A stretch of 33,090 nt of DNA from Candidatus Nomurabacteria bacterium. Lineage in GTDB: Bacteria > Patescibacteriota > Minisyncoccia > Phycocordibacterales > UBA2100. Position numbers and translations under genes: made by a program. Below are positions 22,711 to 30,237 of the stretch, in pieces. Every line of letters starts with the position of its first letter. The stretch's first letter is position 1. The notes below the pieces were generated by a model, which searched no databases, was not told the DNA's origin, and saw nothing but the letters and a program-made list of their open reading frames with translations. Location of the stretch: positions 1 through 33,090 of the forward strand of contig CALRIB010000002.1 in NCBI GenBank assembly GCA_943359705.1. The letters are read 5' to 3'.

Positions 22711-23748
22711 ATGGCAGATTCACATGGCGGAGGCGGTGGAATGATTACCACGATACTGAAGTGGGTCGGCATCACCATCGTCGTGCTGCTCATCCTACTG
22801 TGGCTCGTTACCGGCGGCATCGGAAAAATCATTGAGACCGCACGAAATATCACAAGCCCGATAGCATCCATCTTTGCATTCGCTACATCCACCGGCACGG
22901 CATTCAGACTGCCGTGGCAACCCGACTACATCACGCCGAACATCCCCGATATGGTCGACTCCGGCGGGGATGACCCCAATACGAGCCCCCAGAGCACCGA
23001 CCAAGGGCTCTCTGACTCCGAGCGGCAGTATGATTCCCTCACCGCCAAAATGATTGCGGCGAAAAATTTCGGCACGCCTTCACCGTATCGCGGGCAGGTC
23101 ACGATCGAGGAGAACAATGCGACTGAGAGCGCGCCCGACCGGGAGTATGTAAAGGTGCAGGCGAACGACGGCAACACGACACCCGTCGACATCACCGGCT
23201 GGTCCCTGCAGAGCGCGGTGTCGGGAGTGCGCGGGTACATTCCGCGCGGCGCGAATGTGTTTTTTATGGGCGCCATTAATCCGCAGGACGATATTTCCCT
23301 TAGTCCGGGGTTCACGGCGATTCTCACATCCGGATACTCGCAGGGCGGCACCTCCTTCCGCGAGAATATGTGCACCGGTTACCTTTCGCAATTCCAGGAA
23401 TACACGCCGGGTCTCTCCCAAGAATGCCCGTCGCCGTCCGATTCCCTGCCGCTTTCCGCCGACAACATCCGCATGTACGGCGAAACATGCTTCAACTTCC
23501 TGAACGAACTGCCGGTCTGCACCTTCCCGCTGACGACGCCATCAGATATTTCTCCCTCGTGCCGCGCGTTCGTACAGAACACGATTTCATACAACGGGTG
23601 CGTGCAAAATTACCGGTACAAGAGCGCGTTCCCGCGCTCACAGTGGCGCGTATACCTCGGCGCGGGCGCCGAACTCTGGCGCAATTCGCACGATGTCGTC
23701 CGCTTGCTCGACCGCGAAGGCAGGACCGTGGACGTCTTAGTGTATTGA
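22711..23748 (+). CDS. Membrane-anchored lamin-tail-domain (LTD) protein with Cys-rich insertion
   Basis: N-terminal TM. LTD start ...GQVTIEENNATESAPDREYVKVQANDGNTTPVDITGWSLQS... and LTD end ...ELWRNSHDVVRLLDREGRTVDVLVY, separated by a segment carrying 7 Cys. TATAAT (22699-22704) 6 nt upstream of the ATG. Confidence 0.6.
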   Translation: MADSHGGGGGMITTILKWVGITIVVLLILLWLVTGGIGKIIETARNITSPIASIFAFATSTGTAFRLPWQPDYITPNIPDMVDSGGDDPNTSPQSTDQGLSDSERQYDSLTAKMIAAKNFGTPSPYRGQVTIEENNATESAPDREYVKVQANDGNTTPVDITGWSLQSAVSGVRGYIPRGANVFFMGAINPQDDISLSPGFTAILTSGYSQGGTSFRENMCTGYLSQFQEYTPGLSQECPSPSDSLPLSADNIRMYGETCFNFLNELPVCTFPLTTPSDISPSCRAFVQNTISYNGCVQNYRYKSAFPRSQWRVYLGAGAELWRNSHDVVRLLDREGRTVDVLVY

Positions 23749-24204
23749 AAAAAGAATAATTCCGGCCGCGACCGACACATTGAGTGATTCCTTTTTGCCG
23801 CGCATCGGTATCTCAATTAATTCGTCACAAACATCGCGCAGACTTTTCGGAATGCCGCGCACTTCGTTGCCGAGAATAAAGAGCGTGGGTTTTGTTAGTT
23901 TAAACTTCCGATAGTCGACTGATTTCGCACCTTGCTCGACTCCAACTATTGCCCATCCTTCTTTGCGTAGTGTTGCGATAGTAGCAGTTGCCGATTTCAG
24001 GTACTCCCACGCGATGAACTTTTCTGCTCCCAACGCTGTTTTCGCGATGTCTTTTTGCACTCGTCCGAACCGGTCGACCGGTGCGGGTGTGACGCCGACC
24101 AAATATACTTTCGAGACGCCGGCCGCGTCGGCGGTGCGGAATATAGAGCCGACGTTGTGCGCGCTCCGAATGTTGTAGAGCAATACGGCTATCTGTTTTT
24201 TCAT
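23737..24204 (-). CDS. SpoU/TrmH-family RNA 2'-O-methyltransferase
   Basis: MKKQIAVLLYNIRSAHNVGSIFRTADAAGV...LGNEVRGIP...IEIPMRGKKESLNVSVAAGIILF. Start uncertain (ATG 24204, 24213 or 24228). The track extension to 24468 is antisense to the DoxX-like gene. Confidence 0.8.
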   Translation of the reverse strand: MKKQIAVLLYNIRSAHNVGSIFRTADAAGVSKVYLVGVTPAPVDRFGRVQKDIAKTALGAEKFIAWEYLKSATATIATLRKEGWAIVGVEQGAKSVDYRKFKLTKPTLFILGNEVRGIPKSLRDVCDELIEIPMRGKKESLNVSVAAGIILFSIH

Positions 24205-24226
24205 ACTGTTCATGTATACTTCTCTC

Positions 24227-24571
24227 ATGCTTTCGATTTTTCCGGAAATCCTTTTTCTCTCACCATTCGCCGCCTTTCTTATCCGCGTGGCCCTCGGTCT
24301 TCTTTTTGCTTTTGCCGCATGGGAGCTAGCGAAAAAGCCTGACCTGCCTCGACGCATCGGCGCACTGGTGAAACTAATCATCGGAGTCGCTCTTATCGCG
24401 GGGGCATGGACGCAAGTGGCGGCACTCGCCGCCGCACTCCTTCTTATCGGCGCCGTCGCGATGCCCAAGATGCGCGTCTCTTCGCTCTCAACTATCCTTC
24501 TCGCGCTCGTGATGGCCGTCTCGCTGATCCTGACCGGAGCCGGTGCACTCGCCTTCGATTTGCCTCTCTAA
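24227..24571 (+). CDS. DoxX-like small membrane protein
   Basis: MLSIFPEILFLSPFAAFLIRVALGLLFAFAAW...LTGAGALAFD. ATG 24227 has TATACT (24215-24220) exactly 6 nt upstream. Alternative ATG at 24212. Confidence 0.55.
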   Translation: MLSIFPEILFLSPFAAFLIRVALGLLFAFAAWELAKKPDLPRRIGALVKLIIGVALIAGAWTQVAALAAALLLIGAVAMPKMRVSSLSTILLALVMAVSLILTGAGALAFDLPL

Positions 24572-24623
24572 GCACCGTTCGGCTTTGAGGTTTACGCGTT
24601 CAGCGGGTATATTTCCCATACTC

Positions 24624-24696
24624 CCGCCCATAGCTCAGTTGGTAGAGCAGCTCCCTTTTAAGGAGACGGTCGTAGGTTCGATTCCTACTGGGCGGA
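24624..24696 (+). tRNA. tRNA-Lys (anticodon UUU)
   Basis: Acceptor CCGCCCA/TGGGCGG (unusual C1:G72), D arm GCTC-AGTTGGTA-GAGC, anticodon stem GCTCC/GGAGA with loop CTTTTAA, T arm GTAGG-TTCGATT-CCTAC. Confidence 0.8.
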
Positions 24697-24834
24697 CACG
24701 AATGAAAAACAGCACCTGCGTGCTGTTTTTCTTTACGTGTCCGAGCCGGAGCCATGTTTCGTCAGCAGACGAAACGGGCGAGGCAGGGTCGTGGAATTTT
24801 GCGAGCGGCGGCGAGCAAAATATCCCTGACGACC
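24697..24834 (+). repeat. tRNA-Lys trailer element (same family as the His/Val elements)
   Basis: Same order as behind tRNA-His: long hairpin (24705-24730), 8-bp hairpin GTTTCGTC-agca-GACGAAAC (24756-24775), 14-mer CGAGGCAGGGTCGT (24779-24792, the reverse complement of ACGACCCTGCCTCG), 26-nt hairpin with GC-GGCG-GC apex (24796-24821), then CCCTGAC (24824-24830). Confidence 0.6.
24705..24735 (+). terminator. Rho-independent terminator after tRNA-Lys (also first hairpin of the trailer element)
   Basis: AAAAACAGCAC-ctgc-GTGCTGTTTTT followed by CTTT. Confidence 0.7.
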
Positions 24835-24841
24835 AACTAGA

Positions 24842-26200
24842 TTAAATCGTAAGGTCAACCGTCACCGAATCCGTCACATGTCTTCCGTCGGCGGTGAGGC
24901 AGGAGATGCTGAAGACGGTCGAACCGGTGAGCGGCACCGTGGAAGCACCGCCGGAGAGAGAGTTCTCATTGAAGCTTCCGTCAGGCGAAGTCTCTTTGCA
25001 CGAGACCACTCCCTGTGTGTTCCAAAATACCGATGTGCGTGAACCAAGCGGCACCGACGCGGGCACAGCCCAGATGTCGGCCTCCGGCTCAACGGTGGAC
25101 GCGGCGGGCTGTGCGGGAGCCGGCGCGGCTGATGTCGGCGTCTTTTGTTGCACGATAACAGTCTGCGTGACCGGCGCGCTCGGCGGGGCAGGTCTTCCTA
25201 CGTCATACCCGCGCCATGCGCAGAGGCTGTCGAAAAATGCCGGAGGAATGACGAAGGAAACGACCGAGCCCGCCCATGGGCGACCGTGGCAGAGATCAGC
25301 CACGAGACCGGTCGGCTGAGAAGTGCCCATCGTGTCGCCGCCGTAGAAGCCCGCTATTTCAGTATTGCCCGCGGTATCGCGTGCGTTCGCAAGCACTGTT
25401 GCGCCTGAATTGGTCATGACGATGTTGCCTTTCGTTCCCGACTGCATGTCGGTCGCGAGCCCGCCTACATTTTTGAGCGGCAGTGTGGTGACATTCTGAT
25501 TTGTATTGACGGTAGTTGAAGTGTCCCCAGTTCCGCCACTCGTGTCAGTCGTCGTATTGCTGAGTATCTGGTCACTCACATTCGCAGGAGTGCCGCCAAA
25601 CGCATCAGTCAGAGAACTGCCCGCACCGCTGTTGAGCGCATTCAAAAGTGCGTCGCTTGCGGTACTCGTCGGTGCCGTGAGAAGACTGTTGGAAATCGGC
25701 GGCACGTAATAGGCGCACGGGTCGGTAGAAGGCGTCGTGACCTGATAGTACGCTGTGCAGCCGCACTTCCCTGTCGCGTCGGCCACTCCGCCGCTCGGGC
25801 AAGTGCTTCCGGGTGGAGTCGTCGGGGGAGGAGTGGAGGGCGGGCTGTCCTTCGGCTTCAACATATCCATGATGCTTTTCATCATGTCCATGAAACCTTT
25901 CATATCGCCTATTCCGCCTTTTTCGGTTCCGGTTCCCTCGCATTTGTTCGCACTAGCGCAGATGCCGATAACCTTCCCTCCTGGTGGCGTATCGAAGCAA
26001 ACACCAGGCGGACAGTTGGCTGTGTTTTTCCCCCCCGTACAACCACCCTTTCCGTCGGGGATTTGATTGCACATGCACTGCGCAAACCATGGATTGCACA
26101 TAGCGTTGGCTTTCGCGCTCATCGAGGCCTGAGCTGCGAACGGAGCAAGTAGTAGCAGCACGAGAGTAGATGCAAAAGCGAGGCGAGCACGATGCGTCAT
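24842..26200 (-). CDS. Secreted Cys-rich protein, paralogous in architecture to 18086-20152, one C-terminal Ig-like domain
   Basis: Start set at ATG 26200 (MTHRARLAFASTLVLLLLAPFAAQA signal peptide; TAGCAT 7 nt upstream). Track start 26248 is GTG. Cys-rich N-domain, Met/Lys motif MKGFMDMMKSIMDMLKPK, Pro/Thr linker. C-terminal ...SVFWNTQGVVSCKETSPDG...STVFSISCLTADGRHVTDSVTVDLTI. Confidence 0.65.
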   Translation of the reverse strand: MTHRARLAFASTLVLLLLAPFAAQASMSAKANAMCNPWFAQCMCNQIPDGKGGCTGGKNTANCPPGVCFDTPPGGKVIGICASANKCEGTGTEKGGIGDMKGFMDMMKSIMDMLKPKDSPPSTPPPTTPPGSTCPSGGVADATGKCGCTAYYQVTTPSTDPCAYYVPPISNSLLTAPTSTASDALLNALNSGAGSSLTDAFGGTPANVSDQILSNTTTDTSGGTGDTSTTVNTNQNVTTLPLKNVGGLATDMQSGTKGNIVMTNSGATVLANARDTAGNTEIAGFYGGDTMGTSQPTGLVADLCHGRPWAGSVVSFVIPPAFFDSLCAWRGYDVGRPAPPSAPVTQTVIVQQKTPTSAAPAPAQPAASTVEPEADIWAVPASVPLGSRTSVFWNTQGVVSCKETSPDGSFNENSLSGGASTVPLTGSTVFSISCLTADGRHVTDSVTVDLTI

Positions 26201-26260
26201 GATGACAATGCTACCGCACACGAGTGATTCCGCAATGCGGTTTTTCACAATTCCTGTGTA

Positions 26261-26890
26261 TCAATGATTTTCGAGCAAAAAACGCTCTAATTCGTACTCC
26301 AATTCGACTCCATTGCGCCTTGCCTCATGGGGTAATTCGGCGAGCTGCGCTACGAGTTTTCTCGAACGAACATCTTCCCGCGACAGCATCGCTTGCTTCG
26401 CCGCCCAGAAAAGTACGCCGTGGATAGCCTCCGGCGCATCGTCGCGTGCGAGTGCGCGTTGGTAGCCCACCCACAAAGCCTTTTTGTCGGCGCGTTTTAG
26501 GGCATTTGCCATCTCAAATATCCCGCCGTCTTCACGCTTCTCCTTCGCGGAATCGAAGCGCTCGGAATTTTCGGCATACTTCTCCAATTGCTTGCGTGTC
26601 GCAGCGTCCGGCTTTTCTTCGAATACAAAAAAGTTCTCGTCAGTATCCTTGATGCGCGGCAACGCCTCCAAGAAAATCGCCCGCATTTCCTCGTTGGACA
26701 GAACCCCTTCGAAGACAACGACGCGGTCGCCGCCGAACATCCCGCCGCCCTGGAGCGCGCCCTGTAAATCGGCGACCGAGTTGGCGTCCGAGATACGAAC
26801 AACGACCCCCTTCTTACTCACCTTCGCGATGGCCTTGTTCAGTTCCGCGCGCGCCTTCTCCCTATCAGTACCGGTGAATAGGTACAACAT
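26261..26890 (-). CDS. holA: DNA polymerase III delta subunit-like protein (short HolA)
   Basis: MLYLFTGTDREKARAEL...LQGALQGGGMFGGDRVVVFEGV... resembles the HolA N-terminal domain pattern. Only 209 aa. 1-nt gap from the polA stop. Confidence 0.5.
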   Translation of the reverse strand: MLYLFTGTDREKARAELNKAIAKVSKKGVVVRISDANSVADLQGALQGGGMFGGDRVVVFEGVLSNEEMRAIFLEALPRIKDTDENFFVFEEKPDAATRKQLEKYAENSERFDSAKEKREDGGIFEMANALKRADKKALWVGYQRALARDDAPEAIHGVLFWAAKQAMLSREDVRSRKLVAQLAELPHEARRNGVELEYELERFLLENH

Positions 26891-26891
26891 A

Positions 26892-29279
26892 CTATCGAGG
26901 GATTCGTTTGGTCTCGCCCCAATTCTTCCCTATCGAAATTTCCGCAACGATGGGCACTCCGCGTAATTGTTTTGCGTCGATTACAGATTCCATGATGCGG
27001 CGCAATTCACGGGCGATTTTCTCCGCTTCTTTCTCGTCGAGTTCGTACACCAGTTCGTCGTGCACCTGCAAGAGAAGTTCGGCCTTTTTCTCCCAGCCCT
27101 CCTTTTTGATGAACGCATCCGCCTCCGCCATCGCAAGCTTGATGATGTCGGATTGCGTCCCCTGCATCGGCGCATTGATGGCCATGCGCTCCGCTTGTGC
27201 ACGCATGTTGGGCATCGCCGATTTGAGAGCAGGAAAATAGCGACGGCGACCGAAAATCGTCTCGGTGTAGCCGAGCTTGGTAGCTTCTGCTTTCGTCTTT
27301 TCGACGTATTCCGCAAGGCCGGAGAATTTTTTGAAATAGTCGTCGAGGAATTTCTGCGCCTCGTCGCGCGTCACACTGCCGCCGAGATTTGCGCGGAGTG
27401 CATTCACGCCCATGCCGTAGAGAATGCCGAAGTTGATGACCTTGGCGCGGCGGCGCATTTCGTAGTCCACCTTTTCGGGCGGCACGCCGAAAACTTCAGA
27501 GGCCACGGCAGTGTGCACGTCGCCGCCGCTTTTGAACACTTCAATGAGTTTTTTGTCGCCCGAAAGACCTGCCGCGATTCGCAGCTCTATCTGCGAGTAG
27601 TCAATCGCCGCGAAGACCTTGCCCTTCGAGGCGGCAAATGCGCGGCGGATACGCTTGCCGTTCTCGGTCTTCACCGGAATATTTTGGAGATTCGGATTCT
27701 GACACCCCATTCGCCCGGTGGTGGTCCCTGTCTGCAAAAATTCGGCATGGAGACGGCCGTCGGGCGCGATGAGCGCGGGCATTTTCTCGATATAGGTGGA
27801 GAGAAGTTTCTGCAGTTCGCGGTATGCGAGCACTTCATCGATGATCGGGTGCAGAGACGAGAGTTTTACGAGCTCATCTTCCCGCGTCGTGCGTGCGCCG
27901 CCCGCCGTTTTCTTCTGTTTCTCGGGCAAAATTTTTAGTTCGTCGTAGAGCACGACGCCGAGTTGTTTGGGCGAGTTGATATTGAATTCGTGACCCGCGT
28001 GCGCGAAGATTCTGCCCGCGATTTTTCCAAGCTCCGTTGAATATTCTTTGGAAAGGCTTTTGAGATACGCGGTGTCCACAAAAATCCCCACCTCGTGCAT
28101 TCGCTCCACTATTCCGATAAGCGGCTTTTCTATTTTTTCGTACACGTCCTGCAGTCTTCCTGTTTTCTTCAGCGCCGCGAAGATAAACTCTCGCGCTTTT
28201 TCAAAATCCTGTGCGCCGGCGTACCGCAAAATCTCTTCGAGCGATGGGTTGGTCGTGTCTGAATGCAAAAGCCACAGCGCCACCGCGGTCTCCTTCAATA
28301 CTTGCTCGTCGGGTGCAGCGGCTTCCGGCTCCGCTTCGTACGGCTCGTCGAATGCTTCCGCCGCCACGCGGCTGATGCGTTCCTTGAGCGAACGGAATTC
28401 GAGCTCATCACACATCGCAACAGCGGTAGCCGCGTGGTCTTGAATTCTCCAATGGTGGTCGGGCAATTCGAATTTGATGGGCACGTCAGTGCGAATAGTC
28501 GCTAGCACTTTCGAAAGTGTCGCGCTCTCGCGGCCGGTCTTCAAGAGCTCCACGATCCGCGGCTTCACATCTTTGGCAAACGCGTCCGGCTCCGTGTCGA
28601 GCGACTCGTATATTTTTTCTATCGGTCCGAAACCGTCGATGAGCTCCGTCGCGGTTTTCTCGCCGATGCCGCGCACACCGATAATCCCGTCCGAAGGGTC
28701 ACCGCGAAGCGCTTTGTAATCGACGATATGTTCGGGCCCAAAACCGTAGCGCTCTCGCACGCGGTCTTCGTCGTACAAAACCGTGTCGTTCAAACCTTTG
28801 CGGAGCGTGTACACCTGCACGTGCTTCCCTTCTACGAGCTGCAACATGTCCGCATCTCCCGAGGCAATGACGACGTCGACGCCCTCCGTCTCTGCCGCCT
28901 GCTTCACGATAGAGCCCACGATGTCGTCAGCCTCAAACCCCACGGCTTCGTACACGGGAATGCCGAATGCTTCAAACACTTTCGGCGCGCGCTTGAGCTG
29001 CTCGATAAGTTCGTCATCGGCTTTCACGCGCTTCGCTTTGTATTCTTCAAACAATTCATGGCGCACCGTCGGCCCCGGCAAATCGCGCGCGGCGACGATG
29101 TAATCGGGCTCAAGGTCGTCGATGAGTTTCAACACCATCGACACGAGTCCGTAGAGCGCTCCCGTCGGCTCGCCTTTCGACGATGAAAAGTCGGGTATCG
29201 CGTGGTATGCCCGATGCAAAATGGCGTGCGAGTCGAGTATCACAAGCCGCTGCGCTTTCGACGTTTTTTTCTTCGCCAT
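26892..29279 (-). CDS. polA: DNA polymerase I (5'-3' exonuclease plus family A polymerase; intervening 3'-5' exo region short and without visible DxE motif)
   Basis: N-terminal FEN-like domain (LVILDSHAILHRAYHA..., GIGEKTA). Motif A DYSQIELRIAA, motif B RRRAKVINFGILYGM, motif C LQVHDELV. Confidence 0.9.
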   Translation of the reverse strand: MAKKKTSKAQRLVILDSHAILHRAYHAIPDFSSSKGEPTGALYGLVSMVLKLIDDLEPDYIVAARDLPGPTVRHELFEEYKAKRVKADDELIEQLKRAPKVFEAFGIPVYEAVGFEADDIVGSIVKQAAETEGVDVVIASGDADMLQLVEGKHVQVYTLRKGLNDTVLYDEDRVRERYGFGPEHIVDYKALRGDPSDGIIGVRGIGEKTATELIDGFGPIEKIYESLDTEPDAFAKDVKPRIVELLKTGRESATLSKVLATIRTDVPIKFELPDHHWRIQDHAATAVAMCDELEFRSLKERISRVAAEAFDEPYEAEPEAAAPDEQVLKETAVALWLLHSDTTNPSLEEILRYAGAQDFEKAREFIFAALKKTGRLQDVYEKIEKPLIGIVERMHEVGIFVDTAYLKSLSKEYSTELGKIAGRIFAHAGHEFNINSPKQLGVVLYDELKILPEKQKKTAGGARTTREDELVKLSSLHPIIDEVLAYRELQKLLSTYIEKMPALIAPDGRLHAEFLQTGTTTGRMGCQNPNLQNIPVKTENGKRIRRAFAASKGKVFAAIDYSQIELRIAAGLSGDKKLIEVFKSGGDVHTAVASEVFGVPPEKVDYEMRRRAKVINFGILYGMGVNALRANLGGSVTRDEAQKFLDDYFKKFSGLAEYVEKTKAEATKLGYTETIFGRRRYFPALKSAMPNMRAQAERMAINAPMQGTQSDIIKLAMAEADAFIKKEGWEKKAELLLQVHDELVYELDEKEAEKIARELRRIMESVIDAKQLRGVPIVAEISIGKNWGETKRIPR

Positions 29280-29451
29280 TACCGATGATGATACCCTTCC
29301 GGTTTTTAATGTCGAACAGGATAAAACTTACATAACAAAAGCCCTCGTCAAAAAATGACAAGGGCCCATCAAGATGCCGGCGGATCCGGAGAGACCGAAT
29401 GTCTCGAGCGATGCTCCATCTTGTAGAAAGATCAAACAGCCGGGAAACCTT

Positions 29452-29478
29452 GGCGGGGGTGTCCATGACACCCCCGCC
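29452..29478 (-). terminator. GC-rich hairpin after the orphan gene (possible terminator, weak U-tract)
   Basis: GGCGGGGGTGTC-cat-GACACCCCCGCC, 12-bp perfect stem, 17 nt downstream of the stop at 29495. No clear T-run. Confidence 0.35.
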
Positions 29479-29494
29479 GCGGCCCCAGAATCGG

Positions 29495-30025
29495 TTATTT
29501 CGTCGTAGTGGCGGACGAAAGCGCCGGTGTCGGTTTCGCAGTACCTTTCGGCATCTGCGCATCTGGGTTCGACTTCGCACCACCCACAAACTTAATTGCG
29601 AACTTTTGCTTGATGATGATGCCGTCGGGCACCACTTCTCGCGCGCGCTCATTGATGAGCTGTTCGCAAAGAGATTTGAGGGGATTCTTAGGCGAATCCG
29701 ACAAGGGGAGCGCGATACGCTCCGACTTCAATGCAATCGCCTGCATGACGACATTGGACAAAGTGCGGCGGACATGGCCGAGCTTCAGGAAATTCTCAGG
29801 CGTCGGGTCATCCCCGTCGACTAAGAGCTTCACGTAAGCGTTGGCCAGAGTCTTCGCAAACTCCGTCTCTTTGGGCGTGGACAAATTGAATCCGCGCACC
29901 TCGATGCCGTCACACAGCTGTTCTTCGACTTGCTTCCGCGCCACGCGGAAGAACCCAAAAAACCCTCTCCGCTTTGCGGGAGTCGCATTTGAAGTGGAAG
30001 TAATCGCCTTGTTGTCATTCTTCAT
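29495..30025 (-). CDS. Hypothetical protein (no recognisable domain), strongly promoted
   Basis: ATG 30025 (MKNDNKAITSTSN...) preceded by GGAG 9-12 nt upstream, one of the few clear SD sites in the window. Track start 30043 is GTG. No TM or signal peptide; Lys/Pro/Thr-rich tail. Confidence 0.6.
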   Translation of the reverse strand: MKNDNKAITSTSNATPAKRRGFFGFFRVARKQVEEQLCDGIEVRGFNLSTPKETEFAKTLANAYVKLLVDGDDPTPENFLKLGHVRRTLSNVVMQAIALKSERIALPLSDSPKNPLKSLCEQLINERAREVVPDGIIIKQKFAIKFVGGAKSNPDAQMPKGTAKPTPALSSATTTK

Positions 30026-30139
30026 GACTTTTCTCCAGCGCACATCTACAGGGGTTACCCCGGGTGCGCCTGCCAGGGCAACTCACTACGCTCGAAAAGC
30101 GCACTGAGTTGCCCTGATTTCTGGCTGTAAACTTTATAG

Positions 30140-30168
30140 AGTATAGCACTAAATGGGAGATAAGTCAA
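30140..30168 (-). promoter_or_regulatory. Near-consensus sigma-70 promoter for the orphan gene
   Basis: Minus strand TTGACT (30163-30168), 17 nt, TATACT (30140-30145). -10 context gtgcTATACTct is identical to that of the sRNA promoter at 32190-32217. Confidence 0.65.
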
Positions 30169-30237
30169 GGGCTTAAAAAGCCCACCCCCAGGCCACGAAA
30201 CAGCCCCCTCCCCCACGGGTGCGATACAATAGAAAGA

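Noticed and set aside
26967-27938. 323-aa plus-strand ORF, and similar long antisense ORFs (9718-10539, 21750-22499, 18265-18930)
   Set aside because: These are antisense or alternate-frame ORFs inside polA, pilM, the MurE-like gene and the large secreted gene. Such ORFs are typical of GC-rich DNA, and the translations are Arg/His/Gly-rich without motifs.
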